Shown: positions 12,985-26,282 of the stretch, one piece after another
Layout of the letters: each line of letters opens with the position of its first letter
How positions within the stretch are numbered: the stretch's first letter is position 1
Source: Chiloscyllium plagiosum
Taxonomy: Eukaryota
Length of the DNA stretch: 64,000 nucleotides
NCBI RefSeq assembly: GCF_004010195.1
Contig: NC_057718.1
Location: forward strand, 59,507,622 to 59,571,621
Direction of reading: 5' to 3'
Program-made: the position numbers and the translations under genes
The notes under the pieces: generated by a model
Told to the model about the DNA's origin: nothing
Database searches by the model: none
Seen by the model: the letters and a program-made list of their open reading frames with translations, nothing else

Positions 12985-13530
12985 TATGAGTAAAAAGAGG
13001 AAGTGTTGAAAATACCCCAGAAGATCAAGGGTGAAATGTTACAGATGCAACAGGCTTTAACCAATTAAAGGGGCAGATAAGTGGGAATAGAGGAAAGCAC
13101 AAAAGAGAGGCTGGTAATGTGAATCATTGGAGAGATTAATTGACAGAAAAGATGATAGCACAGTGAAAGAATGAGTGGTACTGTGACAAGTAAAATTCCA
13201 AAATATGGATCTAATGGACCTGTAAATAGCTGCAGAACATCCTCAAGAGATATGGTGTTATTCCTCAAGGTTAAGTTGAGATGGACTGTGGAGTGTGTAT
13301 AACTGGGGGTGAGATCAGGAATTAAAAGTGCATGCTACTGGTAATGGGATCATGCTTGTGGACTGAATAAATATGTTCTGCAAATCAATGATCCAACCTA
13401 GGTGTCAACTCCTCAATGTAAAGAATCATCATCTTGAGCATCCAGTACAGTACACAAAATTGAAAGAAGTCTAAATAATTCATTCTTTTGCTTGAATGAA
13501 GTGTCTGGGGCATGGGACAGTGAGAAGATA
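12985..13530 (-). mobile_element. Old Penelope-like fragment
   Basis: Minus-strand degenerate TSFNFVYCTGCSR..YIEE (GIY-YIG region) followed by a pLTR-like end. Confidence 0.6.
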
Positions 13531-13559
13531 TTGGTTGACACAGATTGAGTAATTTGTTT

Positions 13560-15135
13560 GCTATTTATACAAATGATTTAGATGGTTAGTTAGTTTGCAG
13601 ATGACACCAAAATTGACGATATAGTGGATAGTGAAGAAGGTTATCTAAGATTACAAAGAGATCATGATCAATTGAATCAATGAGCTGAGGATTGGCAGAT
13701 GTAGTTTAATTTGGATAAATGTGAGGTTTGCATTTTGGTAAAACAAACATGGGCAGGGCTTATACCATTAAAAGTAGAGCTTGGGTAGTGTTGTAGAACT
13801 AGGAGTTCAGGTACATAATTCTTTTAAATTTCCATCACATGTAGACAGGATGGTTAAGAAAATGTTCAGCATGTTTGCATTCATTGCTCAGACCTTTAAG
13901 TATAGGAGTTGAGACATTATGTTGAGGATATTGGTGAAGCCTCTTCTGGAATATTGTGTCTAATTCCAGTCAACCTGTTGCAGGAAGGATATTATTAAAT
14001 TGGAGAGGGTTCATAAAAGATTTATCAGTATGTTGCAGAAATGGAGAGTTTGAGTTATAAGGAGAGGCTGGATAGGCTGGGACGTTTTCACTGGAGCTGA
14101 GGAGGTTGAGGGATGACCTTATAAGACTATAAGACATAGAAGCAGAAATTAGGCTATCCATAGAGTCATTGAGATGTACAGCATGAAAAGAGACCCTTCG
14201 GTTCAACCTGTCCATGCCAACCAGATATCCCAACCTAATCTAGTCCCACCTGCCAGCACCTGGCCCATATCCCTCCCTGTTCAGCCTCTCCCTGTAGCTC
14301 AAATCCTCCAACCCTGGCAACATCTTTGTAAATCTTTTATTCAGCCTAACAATCTGCTCCACCATTCAATTATGGCTGATAAATTTCTCAATCCCATTCT
14401 CCCACTTTCTCTTTGTAATCCTTGATCCCCTTGATACTCAAGAACCTATCTAGATCAGTCTTAACTTTACTCAATGACCTGGCCTCCACAGCTTTCTGTG
14501 GCAGTGAATTCCATAGATTCACCACTCTCTGGCTGAAGAAGATTCTCCTTATCTCCATTCTAAAAGGTCTTCCCTTTACTCTAAGGCTGGACCCGAGTCC
14601 CTCCTACCAATAGAAACATCTTCCCAACATCCACTCTGTCCAGGCCATTCAGTAAGTTTCAATAAGATCCCCCCTCATCCTTGTGAACTCCATCGAGTTT
14701 AGACCCAGAGTACTCGAACGTTCCTCATTTGTTAAGCTTTCCATTTCTGAGACCAACTTTTTGAAGAGGTTTATAAAATCATGAGAGGTAGAGATAAGGC
14801 TAATGGCAGATGTCTTTTCCCTAGAGAGGGGGATTTCAAGATTAGGGGGTGTATTTTTTAAGGTGAGAGGAGAAAGATTTACAAAATACATGAGGGGCAG
14901 CTTTTTTACACACATAGTAGTTCGTGTGTGGAATTAACTTCCAGAGGAAGTGGTGGATGCGGGCATGTTATAATGTTTAAAAGACATTTGGATAAGTACA
15001 TGAATAGGAAAGGTTTGGAGGGATATGGGCCAAAGTGTAGGTAGGTGGGACTAGTTTAGTTTGGGATTATGTTTGGCATGGACTGGTTGGACTGAAGAGT
15101 CTGTTTCCGTGCTTTACGACTCTATGACTGTATGA
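13560..15135 (+). mobile_element. CR1 3' fragment hosting two nested antisense CR1 pieces
   Basis: FADDTKI motif through to a (CTCTATGA)n tail. Broken at about 14125 and resumes at about 14765 (gaccttata|gaggtttataaaatc). Confidence 0.9.
14126..14760 (-). mobile_element. CR1 3' end of a different subfamily, itself split by a CR1 piece at about 14160-14338
   Basis: Homologous to 62090-62570 and encodes MEFTRMRGDLIETY. The inner piece has a CTCTATG tail and an internal deletion. Confidence 0.85.
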
Positions 15136-15759
15136 GTCACTGCTTTGTTGAGTGCCTTTGTCTGTCCTCAAACATGAGCCTGAGCCTCTGGTTGCTTTCC
15201 ATCTTAATTCTGCACTCTATTGTTATTGTACCAAATCCATCCTCAACCTCATACACCATTCTTATGATGTTCAAGGAAGCTTTAGAAATAGCGTCTCGTC
15301 TTTCAATCAGGCATTTTACAGTCTTCTGAACCCAACATCACAGTCAGCAATCTCAGATGCTAAAATCTCTGCTCCCTTATATTTTAGACAGTGGCGGCTG
15401 CTAATGCTCCTGCCATTTATTGCTCCTTCAAATCCTTACCCTATTCCTTCATTTTTCTCATTGCACTCCTTTTTGTCTTGTAGTGTCATCCCTTTTATCC
15501 CTTATTCACTCATGCCTTTCAAGTATCACAGATCTTTCCATTTGTTCTTCATTCCAGTGCCCCCGAGTCTAATTTTACTGCCTCTGTACTTCCTTAATCC
15601 CTATTTGATGTCTAACTTTTGTTCATTCTGACGAGAGGTCAATAGCCTGAATGCTCTTTTCCTGATGTCCCAGAGAGCAATCTTGATTGTGGTTGGGAGG
15701 CATATGGGTGGGATTTGAGTTAGGGTTCCAATAGTAGGCAGGAATTTAACACCATAAAG

Positions 15760-16630
15760 AGAATATTGAAGAAACTGGCCAGGTATGATAGCATCTGTGG
15801 AGAGAGAAACAGAGTTAACATTTTAAATCCAATGTGACTTCTTCAGAACAGGGAGGTGTTGGAAAATGTTTTTTTTCTGTATCATCATCAGAGAGGCTGA
15901 TCAAAAGACAAAGGGGTTGTTATTGGTGGAAGAGAAAAAGAGATATAAAATGAGTGTAAATCAAGGTGCGAAAAGGAGAGAGTGGGTCCTCTGAACTAAC
16001 AACTAAGTAAACAAGGCATAAACAAGAGGAGAATGCATGGATTAGGTTGGGGACAATGTTTGAAAAATGCAGAACAGACATAAATTTCTGAAGTTATTGA
16101 ACTCAATATTGAGATCTTAAGGCTGTAGAGTGCCAAAGCAGAAAGTGATATGTTCCTAGAGCTTGCATTGTGTTTCCTTGGAACATTGCAGCAGGCCCAA
16201 GATGGAAATATTAGCATGAGAACCAGGTGGTTTTCTGAAATACCAAGGAACTGTGAGGCCAGGGTTGTTCCTATGGACAGAGTGGAGGTATACCACAAAG
16301 TAATCACCCACTCAGTGCTTGGTCTCGCCAATGGAAAGGAGATCATATCATGAGTAGTGGATTCAGTATATTAAATCAAAAGAAGCATTCAAACCTTGAC
16401 TGATGCACATTTTAAATCACTTTTTCTCTTTCTCCTCCATTAACAACTCCTTTATCTTTTGCTTTGAACCTTTGCCTCTGTGAAAAGTGAAGTTCCAACA
16501 GCTTCCAGCTCTGAAGAAGTCATATCAGACTCAAAATATTAACTCTGTTTCTCTCTCCACAGGTACTGGCAGACCTGTTGAGTTTCTCAAACATTCACTG
16601 TGCCCGTTTCCAGCATCCACTCAATTTTGC
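15760..16630 (-). mobile_element. Old Penelope-like element with inverted pLTR ends
   Basis: Minus-strand GIY-YIG remnant (LLSIGETKH..GLLQCS..GTLQP..LNIEFNNFR). The ends 15795-15850 and 16508-16562 are inverted copies with degenerate CTGAAGA hammerhead cores. Confidence 0.75.
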
Positions 16631-17248
16631 CTTCATCTGGAGGACAATATCTTGGCTTGCTTTGAGGAAGCTCTTCATAGGAAATGTTACAAAAGTACTT
16701 CACTTTTTCTCAAAGCTGTACTTGTCTGCACCAAACAAATTAGATTGGTGGGAGGGGTCCCACTCTTGTTTTAGTACTTAAATAAACAACTCAATTGGGA
16801 TGGTTAGCTACCTGCTTTTTGCCTCAGCTTTCAATCTAGAATCGGGCAGTTTGAAGGCATGTTAAAGATATTTAAATTATTAACTTTTTAACCTGACTCA
16901 ACTCATTCTTGTTTGAGGGCTAAAGTTAACCTTTCCATCACCATTGCCACCATTATAAACTTTGTTTCTCTACAGATATTACTTGGCCTGCTAACTTACC
17001 AGCATTTTTTAAAAATTCATAGTTCAAGTCTGTAATTTGTTTTTGAGCAAGGATAAATACATCAGTCCAAACGCCAATCCTCCTATAACACAATCAAGGC
17101 TATGTCAGCACAAAAAGATACTGTTAATAGTCAAAACTATACAAGTTCAGGCTAATGATTTACTGACATGAAGTAATCCATACCAACAAGTTGCTGTTAG
17201 GCGATGTGCACATTAGAAGACTTGGAAACTAGATAAATAAATAGATTA

Positions 17249-17456
17249 TAGGGGTCCCTAATTTATAAACGTCTGACGTATGCTCACATGTACTTACGAA
17301 TCCGATCTAACGCAGGGGTGTAATTTTATAGACCTGACGTGAACATTCTCTGTACTCACAAACGGCTCCTTTATACTGTTCTGTATTGTTTTCTGACTTG
17401 TACACAAATCGAATGGATTCCAAAGCAGATCCTGTTCATAACCTCAGGACTGCCTG
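17249..17456. mobile_element. Tigger/pogo-like MITE
   Basis: TA-flanked degenerate TIRs: taggggtccctaatttataaac versus reverse complement caggcagtcctgaggttatgaac. Confidence 0.65.
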
Positions 17457-18989
17457 TATAGAAGAAAATGTTCAGTCTACTTCTCTCAGTACTGTATGTA
17501 TTCATACATAGAGATATATGTCAATTTATATACTTATATGCTATGAATTGTCAGCTAGCAATTTAAATCTTTAACAATTATTTTGTTAATCGTATCTCAT
17601 TCTTCCGATAAATCTGTATTTTAAACTCTGAAATTCCAAATATTGCAAAATTGAAACATCACTACACTTCTGAAAGAAATGTAACAACACAAAAACAAAA
17701 CTGCGAATTAAAATTTCTGTAAATATTATTAGATTGGTAACATTGCACAGAGCCATTTTAGTTTTATTTATTTACACATTTTTTTCTGCTTGCTGCTTTT
17801 GTTTACAGCACCCCCCTCATTATATTAGTTAACTTAGTCAAAATATTTCAACATTAAATGGGCTGCTCCCAAGATGCTCAGTGTTTACAGAAAACACAGA
17901 GAGGAAAGATGATCTTAGTTAGCTACAAAAACACCATCTTCAGACAATGAGCTTTACAGTACACCAGAATATTTTAATAGGACTTGGAGCTTTCCAAAGA
18001 ACTTTGGATACTTGATTACAGAAGCCATTGGTTCTTTAAGGGAGTTCAATAAACAGCGTCCTCAGTAGAATGCCTCTTGTTCAAAAACATGACAAAACAA
18101 TTCCCAATGAATTGTTATCTACTGTAACCTCACATATGCCTTGACTTATGCAAAACACTGTTCAGCAGGACTAAGATTTACAACACACACCTGTCCCAGC
18201 TGCCTGTCCTTACTCTCACACTCAGGTTGTGATGCTGTTTATTTTTCTGGCCACTGGTGAACTTGCCACTAAGTACAGTTTAGTATCCAGCTGCCACTAC
18301 ACTCTAAAAACCCTCTGCTTAATGTATTTTTTTAACCATGTTCTGTGTGAAATTAGGTTCTGACTGTTTCAAGCGCTGGTGCTGGAGTATATGCTGTCTT
18401 TGGTATCAACTCCTGACTTTAAGATTGAGTCAGACATTTGGACATTTTAATACATGCACATGTCAGTGAAGCAGCATGTCGGAATGTAAACACATGATGA
18501 AGGTGAGGTAGAGTATGAGCATGTGCCTGCATGGGGGTGGGGGAGGTAGAGTCGAGGTGACATGACTTGGTGGAGAGGGAATGTGACAGGCTGGGGGGGG
18601 GAAGACATGAGTTGAACATGGTGGTGTAACAAGATAAGAGTGGAAGGCAACCTGTGACAGGGTGGGGGAAGGTAGCATTTGAGGATATTGTATGGTTAAG
18701 AGAGTAAAGCAGAGCAGAAAGAAGGATTAGGGTAATATGTCAATGATACGTTTCATTTTATTTCAAATTTTCTATCTGTTGTAACAGTGATCTTAACATG
18801 CATTTTTTGACAACTATATTAACTTGTATAAATTTGTTACTTTAAAAAAAGATTAGACTTTGGTCAGATTTTGAAATGCCTGCTGTGAAGCACAAAAAGA
18901 ACAAGTTGACTGCTTCCAGAAATGTCCAGCAATTGCCAAGATAAAAGCAAACTCAACATCTCCTGTGTGTGACAATCCTTGCATTGTAT

Positions 18990-19200
18990 GAATTCAGTTG
19001 GCTGGACGGTTGGTTTGTGAAGCAGTGTGATGCCAAAAGTGTGGGGTCAATTCCCATCACTATCTGAGGTTACCATGAAGGATTCTCTTTCGCTACCTTT
19101 TCCCTCACCTGAGGTATGGTTGACCTCAGGTTAAATCACAACCAGTCATCTCTCTGTATTGAGAGAGCAGATTTATGGTCTGGTAATACCATAGTGACCA
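18990..19200 (+). mobile_element. tRNA-derived SINE
   Basis: A-box-like tcagttggctgg, B-box-like ggggtcaattccc, and an internal hairpin acctgagg..cctcaggt. Confidence 0.6.
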
Positions 19201-19606
19201 AAGTCCATTTGCATTCTATACAAGTCAAATAAAAGGGCTAGTGAACAACTAAGATGGTCTAGCACAGCCAATTCCGAACAAAGGAGATGATTCAAACATA
19301 ATATGGTCTTAGTAGGTACAAATTGTTTGACAGTTATCCACTACTAAAATGGAATGGATTCTGATGAAGGAACATCAAAAGCTCCTCATTATCTGAGTGT
19401 CTCAGCCCAAAGCCCCAAAGACATGGTTAAAATCAAATTGAAAGGAAAAAAAAATGGAGAAGTTTAGTGGTAAATCGAAGGATTGGAAAAGTTTTAAAAG
19501 CCAACAAAAGATGATCAAAATAGTAAAGAGAGAGAGAGGGCTTCTTTACATCTGTTTAGAAGAAGAGAGAGGCTAGATTAAGCAAAGGCCCCTGAGAGAA
19601 TGAAGG

Positions 19607-19998
19607 CAAAATACTGCTGAAGCTGGAAGTTTGAAACAAATCCAAATCCGAAGATGCGCAGGTTAGGTGAATTGGCTGTGCTAAGTTACCCACAATGTCT
19701 TGGATATACAGGCTTGGTGGATTACTCATGGGAAATGCAGGGTTATAGGGACGGGGTTGTGGTAGTGGTGGGGTGTTGGTCTGGGTTGGCTGCACTTCAG
19801 AGAGTCGGCATGGACTTGATGGGCAAAATGCTTCCACGCTGTAGGAATTCTATGATTCTTTGATTCTATAAAGATAGAGAATGTTGAAAAAACTCAACAG
19901 ATTTGACAGCATCCATGAAGTGAGAAACTGAGTTAACATTTTGAGTCTAGTACGACTCTTCTTCAGTACTGAAGACTCAAAACAATAACTGTTTCTCT
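19607..19998 (-). mobile_element. Short fold-back PLE pLTR copy split by an HE1 fragment
   Basis: Same pLTR family as 15760-16630. Minus-strand CTGAAGA-A-GAGTC..GACTC core at 19932-19969, followed by a short inverted arm. Confidence 0.65.
19647..19869 (+). mobile_element. 5'-truncated HE1-type SINE
   Basis: tccgaagatgcgcaggttaggtgaattggc... with a (TTCTATGA)n tail. Confidence 0.85.
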
Positions 19999-20741
19999 GG
20001 CCTTAGAAAATAAGGCTGGGGAAATAACAATGGAGAATCAGGAAATCGTGAGAGAGGTGAACAAATGCTCTGCATCTGTCATCATAGTAAACGACAGTAA
20101 CAGCCTTCCAAAATACTAATTAATCAAGGGGTGATTGGGAGATGGTATAAGAAAATTAAACATAATACCGATCACGAGAGAAAAACTACAAGAGAAACTA
20201 ATGGGTTTGGTACGTCCCCTGGACCTGATGGGTTGCATCCTAAGATTTTAAAGAATGTAGCTACAGAGATAATGGATGCGCTGCTAGTAAATTCCAAGAA
20301 TCTTGGAAAAGACCCTGAGGATTGGAAGACTGCCAATTTAACAGCCTTATTCAAAAAGCGAGGGAGACCAAAATAAAAGGTAACTATTGGCAAGTTAGCT
20401 CCATATCTGAAAATTTGTTGAATACAAAGGATATAATGTCAGACCATTTAGAAATATGCAATCTAGTCAAGCAGAGTTATAATGACTTTATCAAAGGGAA
20501 ATCAAAGTTGGCAAATGCATTCAAATTCTTTGAAGAAGTAACAAAGAGGATAGATACAGGATAAGCAGTAGATGTAATATTTTTGCATTTGATAAGGTAC
20601 TACATGTATGGCTGCTTAATGTGATAAGAGCCCATGGTGTTGGGGTTAGTATATCAGAATGGATAAAGAGTTGGCTAATTAATAAAAGATAGAGAATTGA
20701 AATAAAGTATGTATTTTCAGGGTGACAACCTGCAACTAGTG

Positions 20742-20986
20742 GAGTGTCATAGGGATCAGTGCTGAGGCTACAATTATTTACAACCAACCCAACCACCCTG
20801 TGGCTCAACACTTTAACTCCCCCTCCCACTCCACCAAGGATATGCAGGTCTTTGGACTCCTCCAGAGTGTCATAGGGATCAGTGCTGAGGCTACAATTAT
20901 TTACAACCAATCCAACCACCCTGTGGCTCAACACTTTAACTCCCCTCCCACTCCACCAAGGATATGCAGGTCTTTGGACTCCTCCA
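20742..20986 (+). repeat. Tandem duplication (123 + 122 bp) spanning a CR1/PLE junction
   Basis: 20742-20864 and 20865-20986 differ by one substitution and one C indel. Confidence 0.95.
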
Positions 20987-21124
20987 TCGCCAGACCACAA
21001 CAAAACGACGGTTGGAGGAAGAGCGACTCATCTTCCGCCTAGGAACCCTCCAACCACAAGGGATGAACAAGGATTTCACACATTTTCAGCTCTGATCTCC
21101 AGCATCTGCAGACCTCACTTTCTC
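20907..21124 (+). mobile_element. Short Penelope-like insertion (GIY-YIG C-terminus fused to pLTR end)
   Basis: HPVAQHFNS..MQVFGLLHRQTTTKRRLEEERLIFRLGTLQPQGMN. Perfect 16-bp TSD ctacaattatttacaa at 20891-20906 and 21125-21140. Confidence 0.9.
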
Positions 21125-23384
21125 CTACAATTATTTACAATATATATTAATGATTTGGATGAGGGAACTGAATATACAATTGCCAAGTTTGTGAATGACA
21201 TGAAACAGATGGGAAGGCAGGTAGTGGGAATGATACAAAGAGTCTGCAGACAGATATAAACAAGTGAAGTGAGTGAGCAAAATAAGTTTGGCAGATGGTA
21301 TATGATATGGGGAATGTATGAAGTTATGCACTTTGACAGGAAGAATAAAAGAGCTGGATATTATTTAAATGGACAAAGACTGCAGAAAGCTGTGGCACAG
21401 AGGGATTTTGGGGTTCTCCTTCATGAATCATAAAAATCAAGCAAACTATCTCAGGGGGTAATAAGGAAGCAAAATGGGATGTTGATCTTTATTTCAAACG
21501 AAATAGCGTATAAAAATGGATGGCCTTGCTAAAACCATGCAAAGCTCTAGTCAGACGACACCTTGAATACTTGAGCAATCTTGATTCGGGAATGATATAC
21601 CAGCAGTGAAGCCTCTTTTCTTATAAGAAGAGGTTGAATCCTTTGAGCTTGTACTCATTGAGTTTAGAAGAATGACAGGAGAAGCTATTAAAATATGTAA
21701 GATTCTGAGGGGGGTTGACAGGGTAGATGTGGAGAGGTTGTTTTGGAGGAGGGCATAATCTCAGTGTAAGAGATCACTTATTTAAGACAGACATGAAGGT
21801 TTTTTTTCTCTCAGAGACTAGTAAGTCTATGGATTTTTTTTGTTTAGGACAGAGGGCTGTAAAGGTTGTCTTATTAAGTATATTCAAAGCTGAAGTAGAC
21901 AGATTTCTAATCAGTAAGGGACTCAAGGGTTGTGGCTGGAGAATGGAGTTGAGGATTATCAGATCAACCATTGCCTCATTAAATGGAAGAACAGTCTCAA
22001 AGGACTGGATAGGCTATTGTACCCCTGTATTCTATGAGATTATGGTCTAAAGTGCTGATTTGCTTGAGCCACTTTTAATTAAACAACCGTTGACTTTTGT
22101 TCATCAGTCAATCATGCAGCTCTAGACTTAGCAAAGCACCTTCCAGGACTGATTTAGAAAGGTTTGTTCTCAACTCTTCTCCCCATTACTCTTTACAAAT
22201 CTCAAATCTGGTTATGGAGAGCTGTGCTCTGAAAGCGATTCTCTCCAAATTCCCCATGCCAGTGAGTTCAAAATCCAGCAATCCTGTTGATTAAATTTAA
22301 ATCAAACTTCCTCATGGTCATTTGATCTCCCCTGTGGGTCTTTCCTGGTTGACTGCACCCAGGGGATCCAATGGTCATTTGTAGACTAATGCAGTTAATC
22401 AATCAATGTCCTGTCTTCTCAGATCTCTTCACCTGGAAATAGCTGTATCACTCTTAAGTAATGAGCAACACCTTAGAGAATTGGGACACAGGAGCAAGTT
22501 CAACATTTTGTGAGAAACAACAGAGTCCTGAAGTAGTGAGACCAGCTGGATTTTTCACAGACTTTCCCTGGGTCATACTTTATGAGTTATTGAGGATGAA
22601 AGCCAGCAGACAAGCCACATGATTATTTTTGTCCATAGGTTCAACATTTGGATAAATGTTAAAGAGCCAGCATCATTCTAGTTAGAAAAATGCAGTCCAA
22701 TGTATAGACTCCAGACTGTTGACAGACTGACGTAGGTACCTAACATAATTGTATGATATAGTGTTGGGCACAACTGGCAGAACAGTTTGACTGACAATCG
22801 CTTCACTGTATGAGTAAAAAAAAAGTCACAGCCCTGCTTCACTCTGTCTGGCTGGTTACAATGCAGAATCCCTTCAAGAAAATCAAGGTTTTCAACTGCC
22901 AGACTAGTTTAGGACATTATGATGCAAAATACTTGCCTTTAGAACATCATCCTTGATTTTCACAAAGACTTGGAGACTGCTTTTCATGGATCTGCAAGAA
23001 AGACAAAAGCTTCATCTTCTATTTCTTTCCAATTGAAATATTAGGGCACACAAATATATTGCTCGGCATGTCTGTTTGAAAATATAAATTAAACCTTATG
23101 TTAGCTTATTGATTTCATGCTGAATGGTTTTTATTTCTCCCACTTCTGTCTTTTTTCTTTGTTTTTCTTCTGGCTATGCTTTTTTTAAAAATCCAAATTC
23201 ATTCATTAAGTGGATGCCTTCAGCACAACACCTGTTTTAACTGCAACTATTTCTGGACTGTTCAGGCACAGATGGTGCTCTTTTGTCCTGTAGCTCCCGT
23301 AGTCTTTAATATGTTCATGCAGATGGCAATTTGACTTGTATTAGTTGTAACAGCGAAATTATTTTCTGTACATAAATAATCTGA

Positions 23385-24118
23385 AAATTAGAGCTAGGTC
23401 ATCTACGAGAGCAATTAGGAAGCTGCTTTTCACACAAGGGATGATGAAAATCTGGATACCTCTCCCTCAAAAGGCTATGGATGCTTGGTCAAGTGATACT
23501 TTCAAAACTAACATCAGTCAATTGCTGTGAGGAAAAGGCATTGAAAGATATATGAACATACAAAATAGAGCAGAAGTGGACCGTTCAGCCCTTCCAGTCT
23601 GTTCCATAATTCAATGATCTGGGTGGATGCTCCTCAGAGGATTGGCATGGACTCAATGGGTCATGTGGCCTACTTCCACACTGTATGAATTCTAAGATTC
23701 TAGAAAGTTCATGGCGAATCAGTTGGTGTTTCGGATTCCACATTCCCATCTATCTCTGATAATCCTTGATTCCCTTGCCTCATAAAGGAATGTATCCATA
23801 TATCCATCTATCCACCTCTGTCTGAAAAGTATTCCATGACCCCGCTTACACTGCCTTCTGAGGCAGAGTTCCAAAGTTGCACAACCCTCATTGAAAAAGA
23901 AATTATTTTAATCTTTGTCTTGGAAAGGTGACCCTCTAACTGTAAAGATGTGCCTTTTGGTTCTGGCCTGGACCCCAGGATGAATCATCTTTTCCACATC
24001 CACCTTGTCAAAATCTTTCAGAATCTTATTGACTGCAATCAAGTCACTCCTCATTCTTCTGAACGCCAGTGGAAATGAGCCTCGCCTGTCCAAACTATTC
24101 CCATAAGACAACCCACCC
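23385..24118. mobile_element. Cluster of old CR1 3' fragments on both strands, with an HE1 tail at about 23620-23700
   Basis: CR1 3' ORF/UTR motifs, including RRMRSDLIAVNKILKDFDKVDVEKM on the minus strand. Confidence 0.7.
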
Positions 24119-24159
24119 AAAAGCAAATAAATAGTGTTGTGGTACAGATTAGCAATGAT

Positions 24160-24692
24160 TTGGAATACTGTGTGCAATTCCCTGCTTTAGGAAGGATTTT
24201 GTGAAATTTGAAAGGGTCCACAAAAGACTTACAAGCATGTTGCCAGGGCTGAATGGGTTGAGATATAGGGAGATGCTGAATAGGCTGGGGCTGTTTTCCC
24301 TGAAGATTCAGAGACTGAGGGGTAAACTTATAGAAGTTGATAAGATCATGAGGGGCATTGATACAGTAAATAGACAAGGCCTTTTCCCCAGAGTGGGGAA
24401 TCCAAAACTGGAGAGCAAATGTTTAAGGTGGGAGGAGGAAGATTTAAAAAGAATCTCAGGGGTAACTTTTTCACACGAAGGGTGGCATGGAATAAGCTGC
24501 CAGAGGAGGGGTGGTGGCTGGTACAATTACAACGTTTACAAAGATCCGGATGGGTATATCAATAGGAAGGGTTTGAGAAGGATATGGGCCAAATGCTGGT
24601 AAATGGGATTAGATTTATTTAGGATATCTGGTCATCGTGGACAAGATGGACCAAAGGATCTGTTTCAATGCTGTACATTTCTATGACTCTAT
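24160..24692 (+). mobile_element. CR1 3' fragment
   Basis: ERVHKRLTSMLPGL..RLRGKLIEVDKIMRG, with a ctatgactct tail. Confidence 0.9.
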
Positions 24693-24811
24693 TCAAATGA
24701 ATGTGAGGAGCATAATAATTTATGTTCTTATGTTCTTAAATGTTGCACTTATGTTTATTTTCAATGTCTACAATCAATATAATGCAAGAAATGGAGACTT
24801 TGTTTATATAG

Positions 24812-25580
24812 AGCATAGAACGTTACAACACAGTACAGGCCCTTCGGCCCATGATGTTGCACTGATCTGTGGAACCAATCCGAAGCCTATCTATCCTACA
24901 ATATTCCATTATCATCCAGATGTTTATCCAATGACCATTTAAATGCTCTTAAAGTTGATGAGTCTACTCCTGTTGTAGGCAGTGTGTTTCATGCCCCTAT
25001 TACTTTTGGAGTAAAGAAACTACCTCTGATATTTGTCCTGTATCTATCACCCCTCAACTTATAGCTATATCACCTCATGTGAGCCACCACCATCAGAGAA
25101 AAAAGGCTCTCACTGTCCACCCTATCTAACCTTCTGATTATCTCATATGTCTCAATTAAATCAACTCTCAACCTTCTTCTCTCTAACGAAAACAGCCTCA
25201 AGTCCCTCAGCCTTTCCTCCTAAGACCTTCCCTCCATACCAGGCAGCATCATGTAAGTCTCTCTGAACCCTTTCCAAACCTTCCATATCCTTCCAATAAT
25301 GTGGTGACCAGAAGTGTACGCAATAAGTCAAATGCAGCTGCACTAGAGCTTTGTACAGCTGCAGCATGACCTCGTGGCTCCGAAACTCAATTCCTCTACC
25401 AATAAAAGCTAACACACTGCCACACTGCTTGCCTTCTTAACAGTCCTATCAACCTGGGTGGCAACTTTCAGGATATATATATGGACACTGAGATCTCTCT
25501 GCAATTTACATTACCAAGAATCTTACCCTTTATTCCTGTTGCTCCTTCCAAAGTGGATCACCTCACACTTTTCTGCATAT
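24812..25580 (-). mobile_element. CR1 3' fragment
   Basis: LAFIGRGIEFRSHEVMLQLYKALVQLHLTYCVHFWSP; homologous to 7900-8575. Confidence 0.92.
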
Positions 25581-25987
25581 ATTGCATCAGACAACAGGGA
25601 CAATATTATCAACTCCATATACCTCAGTATGCCGTGCACACTTTTTTTATTGGACTATCTGTCAAGGTTCTGAACATGTTATCTGGGTTTGTATTGGTTT
25701 TAGTCTGTCAGTATGATGCATAATCAACTATCATTGTGGCAATCCCATTTAACATGAATAAAATCAAAAGTTAATACTTTTTAGAAAACTAATTTTTAGT
25801 TCTACTATACTATACTTAACTAATGTGCTATCAATACCTTTGTATTCAAACTTTTTTTGGTCCTTAGCTCCATCTCCCACTTGTTCATTCAGAAGGTCTA
25901 AGCAACAAGAATGACATTTCCAATAGACATAATGATGTTTTATAAAATAACCAAAAAGGAACAAAAGAGGGAAAAGTCGCTGACTTC

Positions 25988-26282
25988 ATAGAATCCCTAC
26001 AGTGTGGAAGCAGACCATTCAGCCCATTGAGTCCACACTAACATTCTGAACAGCATCTCACCCTGACCCACCCCATCCCTGTAACTCTACATTTCCCATG
26101 GCTAATCCACTTAGCCGCACATCTTTGGACTGTGGGAAGAAACCAGATCACACAAAGGAAACTCACACAGACACAGGGAGAATGTGCAAAATCCACACAG
26201 ATAGCCATCTGCGTGTGCAATATGAATTCAGATCCTCAACACTCTGAGGCAGCAATGCTAACCACTGAACCACCATGCCACC
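25988..26282 (-). mobile_element. HE1-type V-SINE
   Basis: Diverged homolog of 11845-12141, covering head, V-domain and tail. Confidence 0.88.

Larger units (their letters stand above)
19415..22050 (+). mobile_element. Old CR1 ORF2 copy hosting PLE and SINE insertions
   Basis: SPGPDGLHPKILK, PEDWKTANLTALFKK, LFTIYINDLDEG..AKFVND, and a 3' UTR remnant. Confidence 0.9.
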
